Below, in pieces: positions 53,003 to 64,000 of a stretch of DNA of 64,000 nt. Each line of letters begins with the position of its first letter. The first letter of the stretch is position 1. The notes under the pieces were generated by a model. That model worked only from the letters and a program-made list of their open reading frames with translations, had not been told where the DNA came from and searched no databases. The stretch is taken from positions 26,660,001 to 26,724,000 of the forward strand of contig OX597821.1 in the NCBI GenBank assembly GCA_951406725.2, given 5' to 3'. Both the position numbers and the translations under genes were made by a program. This stretch comes from Octopus vulgaris. Lineage: Eukaryota.

Positions 53003-53544
53003 AATATTTGGGACGTTTAACATCAGTGATCGCTGTTTGATTGCTCCGAAATATATCGAGTGACAACGAATGAAAATATAACGAAACACACCGGAAAAAG
53101 AAATAACCAAAATATCACTTTGAAGAAAACTGCATAATACTTGTAAAATTTATTGATCGTTTATTGATCTGTTACCAACGTTCGCAGTAGTTACCGATCT
53201 CATACTATGCACGATTTGCAAAACTGTGAAAGCAGAAATAAGGACATACATCGCAAGGTTTTTAATCTAAGAATGTAGTGTTTGAATCTGATGCTTAAAG
53301 TGTAAGAAAAATGGCCGTGAAAAAATTCTGTATTCCAGATATAATAAAAAATAAGATTCACAAAGAGACTCGACTCGACAGTAATATGCTTCTTTTCTAA
53401 ATGCATATTTTTTTGTGAAACTGTCCTCTTCTAAAAAAAAAAAAACCCTCTGAATCTATGATCATATATATTTTTATAAAAGCGGAAAAGAAAAATACCC
53501 AGGGCAAAATGTACCGCTGGACTCGGACTGATTTCTCTTTCTCT

Positions 53545-53956
53545 CTTTTCTCTTTTACTTGTTTCAGTCATTTGACTGCGGCCATGCTGGAGCACCGCCT
53601 TTAATCGATCAACTCGACCCCGGGACTTATTCTTTGTAAGCCCAGTACTTATTCTGTCGGTCTCTTTTGCCGAACCGCTAAGTGACGGGGATATAAACAC
53701 ACCAGTATCGGTTGTCAAGCGATGTTGGGGGGGGGGGGAACAAACACAGACATACAAACATGCATGCACACGTATATATATGTATATATATACGACGGGC
53801 TTCTTTCAGTTTCCGTCTACCAAATCTACTCACAAGGCTTTGGTCGGCCCGAGGCTATAGTAGAAGACACTTGCCCAAGGTGCCACGCAGTGGGACTGAA
53901 CCCGGAACCATGTGGTTGGTAAACAACTACTTACCACACAGTCACTCCTGCGCCTA
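53545..53956 (-). mobile_element. Family A SINE
   Basis: Full-length copy close to the other intact copies. Confidence 0.9.
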
Positions 53957-54080
53957 TGAGCTAAATTTAGGAGATAGATTGTCAAAACTAAACAAACGAT
54001 TCAGAAATTAAAACAAAATATTTAATAGGAAGAATATATCACAAAAAGAAGAAAAAAAGAGTAAGAAACACAGAGAGAGA

Positions 54081-54148
<68 letters not shown>

Positions 54149-54199
54149 TTGCGAACGTAAAGGCAGGTGTTGAAACAACCCTTGTAGATGTACAAAATC

Positions 54200-55640
54200 C
54201 CGAGGAGCACAAATTGATCAGAACAACACAAACAAAAATATGAAGAAGATTTGAGAGCAGAAAACTCTGAAGGTAGAATTCCCGACCATGACTTTCCAAA
54301 GTTAAAAATAAATCAAGAATTACAAGGCATATAAGAATCTTACTTGAGATGAGCGAAGGTGCATATCGAACATAAAACTCAGCGATTGAAAGGACTATAA
54401 AGAAAAGATTAAACTGGACATTACAGGATTAATTACATCAAACACAAACGTCAAATTGCCGAGTGAACTGAAATAATATATAACAGCCACCGTTGTTACA
54501 AAGGAATACCACCGTTGTTCCGAGAGGAATCCTAACGCCCTCGCAAAGAAAGAAAACATACATGGAACACAACTATGCAGAAAAGCCAGTAAATGTGTAA
54601 AAAAACTGTAATAATACAAAAAAAAAAAAATTACCAGAGGTAAAGGACGTTTGAAAGAATAGTTCATTGCCAAATTTCAAAGTATTCCTCAGTATAAGAA
54701 AAAAACGACAATGATTATTTCAACAAAACAAGTAGTTCAACTCCAGTGCGGTCTTATCAAGAACTTTGTTAAAATAAAATAGATACCAACATCGAACAAA
54801 CAGTATTAGGGACGAAAAAATTGGACAGGTATATGGACAGTTAAATAATCACTGCGAGATTTTTGAAGTCAATGACAGATAAGTTGTGGTAGCCCATAAT
54901 ATCGAAGACATAACGCAGACTTTAAAAACCAACAAATGGGAGGCTTATGATTTTATTATAAACCAAATTTCAGGTTAAAATATTTAACAGCGACACATAC
55001 AGAGTTAACAGAGAAATTTAATGATATATTAACGAATCCGGAGCCAATACCTGACCGATTCATTGAAAGGAAACTATTTCAGTTCCCAAGCTTAAAGAAA
55101 CGAAAAAATTATAAAGACAATAGAAGCAGGACCATATTCTAACAATCTATAAAGTTGAAATTATGAAATGATATTGTTAGGAATAAAATGAAGAATCAAA
55201 GGAAGTGTTAGTTAAAACCTAAGCAAATGCTATGGCTAGCAGATAACAAGCAAATCCTCCCACCACGTGATCAATAAATGCAAAAGTTGAACAGAGAAGT
55301 TGATGTGAATGAGGAAAGCGGAAGTCAAAAAAGAGACTAGAGAAACTGTCTCTGACTACCAGGTTTTAGCCAAGAAAAAACACATCTACCTACTGGGGTT
55401 AACATATACTGGAAGTTGTGCCAGCGTTATGAAATCGAAACAAAAGTGTCGTGGTATTGGCATACGTGGTATTGGGATGACAAAGTAATCAAGATAGGCG
55501 AATATACTCAATAAAAGACGCCAACAATAATTAACTGGATATTCCTGTCAAGGATGAATAAGAAAGAAAGAGCTTTTTAATCGAAGTATTGATCTCAAAC
55601 GATGACAATGCATGTCTCACAGAAATGGAAACATTGATGT
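54200..55640 (+). pseudogene. Highly decayed R4-like LINE remnant
   Basis: Fragments YWKLCQRYEI..WYWH, LDI..KERKSFLIEV resemble the REL region. Confidence 0.45.
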
Positions 55641-55699
55641 TTGTCCATCTTTCTCCAAGCCAATAAATTAACGGCGAAGGGGATGAAATTGCTGCTCGT

Positions 55700-56420
55700 A
55701 AATTCTATCCGGCTATGTGCGGGAGGACTCGACACCTCGGTTCATCGATGTCGTGCTAAATAGAACCCAAGTACCAGTATTAGTGAGATGAGGTTGTTTC
55801 GTTTCTCATTATACCATCTCTGACTCTTCTCGTGTTTTAGTGACCAATCAAAGCAAAGTAGCTGTCATGGTCTTGCGAAGGCTGTTGTTGCCGCCTTAGA
55901 TCTTTTTGGTCACTCCTATTATTTTAGCTTTGCTCCTCCTGGGCAGGAGCCTTTATTATGACACATGTAGCAAGGAAGTTTCTTCTCCGCATCATTGGTA
56001 TAATCGTATTCTATCCGATCTTTCAAGGAAATATAAATCCGGGATTTCCTTGTGGTGCTTGTGCATTTTAATTCCTGGTGATCCTTGCAGATCTGACCGC
56101 TTGCTGTTTTCAAGTCACGCAAGCAGTCACCATCTTGGTATTCCAACTGGTCCTCGAGCTTTGTTATATTTTAAGCCGCTGGTGGCTTCTCTAACCTCAT
56201 CTACGGTCAGGGATTTTCCAAGGGAATGTTCCATTGGTTGTTTTGGGATGTTGGTTAACACATGTTGGTCAAAGACGACTGGTTTATTCAGTAAATCCTC
56301 AAAGTGGCACTGACAACAACGTTAGATTTAAGAACGGTGTTACCATCTATGCTTTTGAGAGGGGCTTGATCATGCGTCGACGGACCAAAAATGTAATTTT
56401 GGCGTCAGCTAGCTTTTGAA
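55700..56420 (-). pseudogene. Non-LTR RT N-terminal fragment
   Basis: LTVDEVREATSGLKYNKARGPVGIP (K-A-P-G-P-D-G-I-like motif). Confidence 0.55.
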
Positions 56421-56499
56421 TTTCATAAGTCTTTTCCCTCCACCAATAAGGGTTTAGGTATGAAGTGTCCTTTTGAACGGTGATTTTGAATTCTTAACA

Positions 56500-58422
56500 T
56501 TTTACTTTTTGTAGCCATACTGTTAAAAAATTTGTAGAGGAATGAAGGCATTGCTTTTGTTGTCGAAGAGTTGTTGAAATAACAAAGCTGCACCACCAGA
56601 TGGAATACAAATTGAGGCATTCAAATCAGGAGGGGATTTGATTCCAACTCCACTAGCATCTGAACAAAATTTGGATAAATGAGAAAATGCCACCTGATAT
56701 GAAAAATTCAAATATTGTTACCATCTAGAAGTAGAAAGGAAATACTTCAAACTGTGGGAACTCTCGAAGAATATCTGTTAGCAATTTCAGGAAAGATCCT
56801 GGTCTGTATATTGAACAACAGAGTGAATCAGTCACTGAGATGATCCTTTCGGAGACTCAAGCTGGATTCAGGGCAGAGCATCACACAGAACGACTAATAT
56901 GACTTTCGCTATGCAACACCTGAAAGAGAAGTGTCACGAACGACTTCAACCTTTGTACATGGCATTTATTGATCTTACTAAGGTATTCGACTCAGTTTCG
57001 AGAGAACTCCTGTAGAACATTCTATCCATTTACCGATGACCTGATAAATACATTCGGTTGCTTCGGCTTCTCCCTGACATCGTGATTGTGAGTGTCCTAG
57101 TCAGCAACAGTGATACTGAATCATTTTTAGTAAGATCAGTAGGCTGCGTCATAGCTCCCACACTTTTCACCGTCTTCATTGCCACCACCATAGAAATCAT
57201 CAAAGCTGATCTCCCACTAGGAGTTGAAACTATTTATAGAACCCAAAATAAGCTTTTCGATCTTTCCCAGTTGAGGTCCAAAAAGCAAAATCTCAATATG
57301 CTTCATCATCGGACTTCAATATGTCTTCTCAATGCCTTCCATTAAGGTTACATAAAATTGGGACTCACCATCAATTGCTAGAAGACACAAGTCATCCTCC
57401 AGCCATTACCAGTTGAGGCAAGCAGTGTGTAACCAGGCACTGGAATCGAGGACACAGCATTAGAAAACGTAACTCATTTTCTGTATCTGGGAAGTCGTCT
57501 CTCTTCTAATACTGATATCATTGACAAAATCTAATGTCGTGTCTAAAGCGCCGGTGCTGCCTTTGGTCGTCTCTGAACGTGAATATTCCAAGATCGAGAT
57601 TTTCGAACTGACACAGAAATGATGGTATACAAGACAGCGGTCATCTCCACGCTCCTATACGCACCTAAGGCCTGGACTATGTACAGAAGACACATAAAGG
57701 TACCATCAATGCTGCCTTCGAAGTATTCTCGACATCGGCTGGGAAGAGATAAAAAAAAGGGTCAAACATGAATGTGTTGGAAGAAGACAACATGCTCTCC
57801 ATTGAAGCTATTATCATTCAGAAACAGCTGAGATGGATTGGTCATGTTATACGGATGAAAAGCAATCGTCTACCGAAGCAGCTTCTGTACTTCCAACTAA
57901 AAGAAGGAAAACGAATAAGAAGAGGGCAAAAGAAAAGATTCAAAAATGTCCTAAAAGCTAATTTCAAGACTAGTAATATTTATTTCAAATTTTCACTCAG
58001 CAATTTCTTGGCTGTCCCAAAGGTTCAACTGATACTTATTTCATCGACCACGTAAAGATGAAAATCAAAGTCGAGCTTGGCAAGTTTTGAACTCTGGACG
58101 TAAATGCAGACGAAATGCCGCTAAGCATTTTGCCCGGCGAGCTAACGATTCTGCCGGTTCGCCGCCTTCAAGAATTGCAATACTTATACTTAGAAATAGG
58201 AGGGCAATTCTCAGGATGGAGAACAATTGTGATCCCTCATCAGAGGGACTAGCAACTTTTGAGACCTGCAGGACTGTCGAACATGGAGAAAATAGGAAGC
58301 GTTGGAAAGATGGAGAAAAACAACCAAGAAGGGACATTCCTTCCGCAACTACCTGTCCTACTTGTGGGAGGAATTTCCGAGCAAGAATTGAACACATCAG
58401 TCACCTCATAATCCATCAATAA
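56500..58422 (+). pseudogene. Decayed RTE LINE RT to C-terminal zinc finger
   Basis: ILSETQAGFR, MAFIDLTKVFDSV, QLRWIGHVIRM, TCPTCGRNFRARIEHISHL; family B SINE remnant at about 58030-58165(-). Confidence 0.85.
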
Positions 58423-58424
58423 CT

Positions 58425-58648
58425 CTCTTTACTCTTTTACTCTTTTACTTGTTTCAGTCATGTGACTGTGGCCATGCTGGAGCACCACCTTTAGTCGATC
58501 AAATCGACCCCAGGACTTATTCTTTGTAAGCCTAATACTTATTTTATCGGTCTCTTTTTTGCCAAACCGCTAAGTTACGGGGACGTAAATACACCAGCAT
58601 CGGTTGTCAAGTGATGTTAGGGGGACAAACACAGACGCACAAACACGC

Positions 58649-58693
<45 letters not shown>

Positions 58694-58845
58694 TACGACG
58701 GGCTTCTTTCAGTTTCCGTCACAAGGCTTTGGTCAGCCCGAGGCTATAGTAGAAGACACTTGCCCAAGGTGCCACGCAGTGGGACTGAACCCGAAACCAT
58801 GTGGTTCGTAAGCAAGCTACTTACCATACAGCCACTCCAACGCTG
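58425..58845 (-). mobile_element. Family A SINE
   Basis: Head to tail. Confidence 0.9.
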
Positions 58846-60672
58846 AAAATCAAACAAAAAGCAGCCCCCCACCAAAAAAACATAAAAAATACAATGAACA
58901 TCATAAGCTCGACCTCAAGGGATCATCACAACGACGATGACATCCACCAACTGGTCGTAATTTAGAAGCAGTTTGTGATGACACGTGCGATGCACCCGTT
59001 CTGCTTGCTCTCATATCATCCTCGGTCATGAAGACTAAACACACACTTGCATATAGTCTTTCTCTGACAAGGGAGCATACATCATTTGATACATTGGCCA
59101 GAGTATGTAAGGCTAAATGAGAATATACGGAAGCAGTGTCGATTATTTCGTGCAACTGAATTATCACTTGTTCTTGTTATTTTTTGGAAAGAATTCTCTT
59201 GATCAGGAAGTACTAACCTTTTGTCACGTAAATTTTACTCACGTTTTAAAAACTTAGAGTCGACTGACATTTAGTACCTCGTTTTGGCTTGTGAGAATAG
59301 GAAAAGATTTATTGTTCTTGCTGACGGTGTTTTTGTTATTGTTATTTAAATTTGTTTTCGTCATTTTTTTTTAATGTGCTTGTCAAACTGTAATTGTTTC
59401 TTTTCGTCTCAAAATGTCTCTGTGGTCTCAACATTCTTATTTTTGTTTTTGCAATGGTATAGTGACTGTTACCACCAATATGACTAACGCCACCTTACTA
59501 TCGAAGTGGCTGTATTGAACTATTAATAAACAAAGTAAAATGGATGTTTGCGGAAATATATGTACACAATAAATGTCTAAAGACTAATCTCCTTTTCTAT
59601 CTCAGGTAATTGGGGTAGACATTGAAATATTCTTAAGCTCTTTTGTTGAAAGCATTCCTTCAAATAATCCCTGAACAAATTACCTTCTAAGAGCAGCTCC
59701 GTGAAATGCTGCGACAACGGTAAACAATAACTGTAAAAGAAATGGTAAAAAAATTCTTTGAAGGAAACAGAAAATAACTCTAAAAGATTAGGAGAAATTA
59801 TTCAAATATAAAGACCAAGAAATAAAGACAACCATTATATGGATTGAAAACATAAAGAATCCTATAAAATTGAATTGGGAATGATTAAAAAACATTACAG
59901 ACAAGACAAATACATAACCCACGTTCCAGGACTAACACATATACAATATAGAGAAAACATCCCTATCAAGAGCTGCGTTTCTGTTACGTATCGCGGGCAC
60001 AATAAAAATGTACAAAACTAAAACAATATATTGTAAGTAGTCAAGACTCATAAAACTGTACTGCGTAGCGCAATGAAATCACGCAATAACAAGAAAACTG
60101 GGGAAAATAAATAGAAAAATAAAAAAAAAATGCATAATAAAAAAAAATGCATGTTCAAATCAAGCTTGGACCGGGTACATATTTCATTTCCCCTGTTTCA
60201 ATAAAATAAGTAACTGTTATGTATGAGAAGAAATCTAATCAAAAACACCCCTACCGCAAAATATAAGTCTTTGCGACAAAGTTAGAAATAATATTATGTG
60301 TACTGTACGGGTCATCTGTCTTCGACCTACAAGAGATTTATGTAGCTAGCCCCACCACACCTACATGTACAGATGAATGGATGAGGCACATGCACATACA
60401 ACACATTTCTTGAAAACAATGATAATGATAAAAAATAGCAGCAAAAACTAAAACTGCAAATAAAACGAGTAAAATGTGCGAGATAAATTCTTAGTTTGAC
60501 AATACTACGTAGAAGAAAGAATCTTGTGCAGAAGCAATTTAGCGAGTCGTTTGTCTTCGATTGATGTTGGCATCCTAGGAAATAGATCGATATATTGACT
60601 AAGATACCATTTCTTTTGATGAATTCTCATCGAATTTCCGCGTCAATAAACCACTGTATATATGCATCTCTT

Positions 60673-60852
<180 letters not shown>

Positions 60853-60990
60853 TGGACATATCGTATACTTGTATAAATTCACACCTTCTTATGGCCATAG
60901 TTCACTCGCTTGGTATATAACTAACAGGTTATCTTACACATTTAAGCGTAATACACAAATCATTTAATCTCTCTCACTCTCTCTGTCTCA

Positions 60991-61042
<52 letters not shown>

Positions 61043-61554
61043 ATATCTATCTATCTCTCTGTTTGTCTGTCTGCCGGTCGGTCAGCACGTCTGTCTGTCT
61101 ATCTACATCGAAACCATTCAGTCATTTAAGCGGCCATCCAAATTATCGCAGCTAAAATCAAATAACGATAAATAGAATTAATAGAAAAAAAATTTCCATC
61201 CATGCAGTAATTACTCTCTTAACTAAATTTCCATTTCCATTCAATTTAATTCAATTTTGCCGACCTTTTTAACTTTGTTTCCATAACCAAGTTTTAAGCC
61301 AACATTTTCTATCTGCCATTTATCATTAGAATATCATTCTACTTTCAGTAGAATAGTGTCATTCACAACCGTTGAAACCAATGGGATAATACTTAGTCAC
61401 ATCGCCTATTTGGTATTTGAAAACAACTAAGACTTAGTATTGAAGTATTGAGATATAAAATAAAGCGAGCGATTTCTTTCTTGCTTTCTCATACAGACAC
61501 TAGGGAAGTATTCGGTTGAGCACTACAACTAAAAAATTTCAGTGAATACATACA

Positions 61555-61585
<31 letters not shown>

Positions 61586-61606
61586 GTATCTGCACGCACA
61601 CACACA

Positions 61607-61682
<76 letters not shown>

Positions 61683-61683
61683 C

Positions 61684-61812
<129 letters not shown>

Positions 61813-62217
61813 CACACACACATATATATGTATATATAACACGTGTTTATGGAAAGATTTTCTCTGGGACAAAAGCTACACCAAACTTCCTTTTAACGGT
61901 ATATACACACTTAATATGATAGACAGATGGCTGTTTTGTTTTGATGTTCTTTCATTTGCATAGGTGAATGTATGTATATATCATTTATCGTCTATCTTTT
62001 AGTTGTTTCAGTCATTCGACTGCGGATATGCTAGGACATAACCGTGAATGGTTTAGAAGAACAAATGAAAACCAGTACTATTTTTTAAAATCTCGTGCTT
62101 AATCTATCGGCTAATTTTTGTGTAAAGGCAAAGTTATCAAGCAGTGGTGGTGGTGGTAGGACTAAAACAAAGCAAAGACTACACAATTGGGAGGCAAGCA
62201 ACTTATTACGCGTTCGC

Positions 62218-62286
<69 letters not shown>

Positions 62287-62658
62287 AAAAAATGGATGAA
62301 CAGATTCATTTCAATTATCGACTTACAGATATTACCAATTCATATTATTTATTAACTACATAAATAGGAACATCCAAATCCCCAAAAAACAAAACAATAT
62401 ACATCAATATGTAAGATAATAATACCATAAGAACAATACATATAAATATAAAATGGATCTTACAGCTGTTTCAGCCTGTAGATAAAGGTATCTCATTCTG
62501 CCTATATTAGTCAAATGTATTGAGGTAATATGCAGTAAAAAATGAGTTACTTATATATATACAAATTTATGTGACCCCTCTCCACCCCCCAAAAAACGAT
62601 GAGCAAACACAAAAAACAACAACGCGAGTAAAGACGATCAGAGACGGAAAGAAAGATG

Positions 62659-62692
62659 GTTTAACGTTCGAGCAAACCTCTTCTTCATAAAC
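62659..62692 (-). ncRNA. Decayed minimal hammerhead (Penelope type)
   Basis: GTTT-ATGAAGA-A-GAG gtttg CTC-GAA-CGT-T-AAAC. Confidence 0.4.
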
Positions 62693-62836
62693 AGAGGAAA
62701 GTCCATAAACGGAGGAATATATATATATATATATATACACGCATATAAACACAGATACTTATTAATGACAAAGTGAGGGATTGAGTTCTCAACCCCATAT
62801 CGGTGGATACATAATTTCTATAATAAAATTCATAGT

Positions 62837-62872
62837 CTAATACCACTGGTTTCATGTCAGTACATTCAGTAG
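62837..62872 (-). ncRNA. Decayed hammerhead with probable core deletion
   Basis: CTA-CTGA[---]-ATGT actg ACAT-GAAA-CCAGTGG-TA-TTAG. Confidence 0.4.
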
Positions 62873-62989
62873 GCGTATTGATAATGTAGAATCCAAGAGT
62901 GCTGCATAAGATTTTGTGAGATTTTCGACAACAGGAGCTCTATTAGTGACATAGAAAAGAAATATAACTTTAATATTTCATTTTTTATT

Positions 62990-63183
62990 TGCTTCAATAA
63001 TTAGACTGCAGCCATGATGTTTTAGTTGAAGGATTCGACTCCAGTACTTACTTTTTGCAAAGACTGGTGTTCATTCTACTATTCTATTGTTACAGAACAG
63101 CTAAGTCACGGAAACGCAAACACACTAATGCCGGTTGCCAAGGGGTGGTGGTGGTGGGAAATCACTAATACTATCTATCCCCG

Positions 63184-63216
<33 letters not shown>

Positions 63217-63343
63217 TATGGCGAGTTTCAGTTTCTCTCTTTGGTCAGCCAAAAGCTATAGTAGAAGACACCCCCAGTGGGGGCTGAACTCGGAACTATA
63301 TAGTTGGGAATCAAACTTTTTACCACACAGCTACGCCTGCGCC
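62990..63343 (-). mobile_element. Old family A SINE
   Basis: Diverged match to family A. Confidence 0.7.
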
Positions 63344-63454
63344 AGGGTAAAGGATAATAAGTAAACAATCATTGAGGGACTATTGTACTGATTATTTCCT
63401 TTGTGGCTCGTCTATAAGCTAAGAATTGAGAAATGCCTTCGCATTAGCTGTATT

Positions 63455-63895
63455 GGATCTTTTCGGTTTGAACGGCAATTTTTAACATAATTTCTAGGTA
63501 ACAAAAAAAATTTTAAACTTCGTATACTGATAGAATGTGTTTATAAAACATCTTTTTCTTTTGGCTTTATTGAGAAAATTCTATAGTTTGTAAGATATTT
63601 GTTGTTTTCTTTCTTCAATTTCTGCAATTTCAACCAATCACTGACGTCTATTGAGGTAAAAACATTCTGTGCCGTATGAATATGTCCCTCGTTTAAGAAA
63701 CAGATTGGGTTTATTTACATTTATGAAGAAAGAAATATACCCTTCCCCCCACCTCTAACCCTAACCCTAACCCTAACTAACCCTAACCCTAAAACAGATT
63801 GAAATGCAATAGATCAATACTAGGGTCATAATTATGGGTGACAATTTCATATGACACCGCTAGAAAAAAAACTGCCGTTCAAACCGAAAAGATCC
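63455..63895. mobile_element. Non-autonomous DNA transposon (Merlin-like MITE) with internal telomere-type repeats
   Basis: TIRs GGATCTTTTCGGTTTGAACGGCA / TGCCGTTCAAACCGAAAAGATCC; 8-bp TSD GCTGTATT (63447-63454, 63896-63903); (CCCTAA)n at about 63755-63792. Confidence 0.85.
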
Positions 63896-64000
63896 GCTGT
63901 ATTCACGTTCCTGGGCGGCATGCTTTTGCATGCATATCGTTATGTTTTCAGTATTTTATCACTTCTGTTTCTCATTCGACCTGACTGGTGTGGTGTGACC

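Noticed and set aside
63755-63792. Possible telomere or chromosome end
   Set aside because: Short array internal to a TIR/TSD-bounded element.

Overview
AT-rich, microsatellite-saturated eukaryotic non-genic DNA. The tRNA-derived SINE families and repeat landscape resemble those of an octopus/cephalopod genome; this is an inference. I found no convincing host protein-coding exon, and most ORFs in the track are translations of (TA)n/(CA)n/(TATG)n tracts or SINEs. The window is a graveyard of transposable elements. It holds three tRNA-SINE families, several with TSDs; decayed RTE LINEs; R4/Dong-like restriction-endonuclease LINEs next to (ACAT)n or (TAA)n; a Penelope GIY-YIG fragment; a Gypsy protease remnant; and gag/ORF1-like remnants. 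DNA transposons include Tc1, mariner, hAT (Buster/Charlie-like), Chapaev3-like and a Merlin-like MITE carrying CCCTAA repeats. The most notable unannotated signal is about a dozen type-I hammerhead ribozyme motifs in short elements in or near (TA)n and other microsatellite tracts. Four have intact canonical cores, three have a compensatory G3-C8 core, and the rest are decayed or partial. They often lie in fold-back arrangements, consistent with Penelope-like/retrozyme-type elements. A near-perfect 1.46-kb palindrome (2886-4343) is also present. All structure calls were made by eye.
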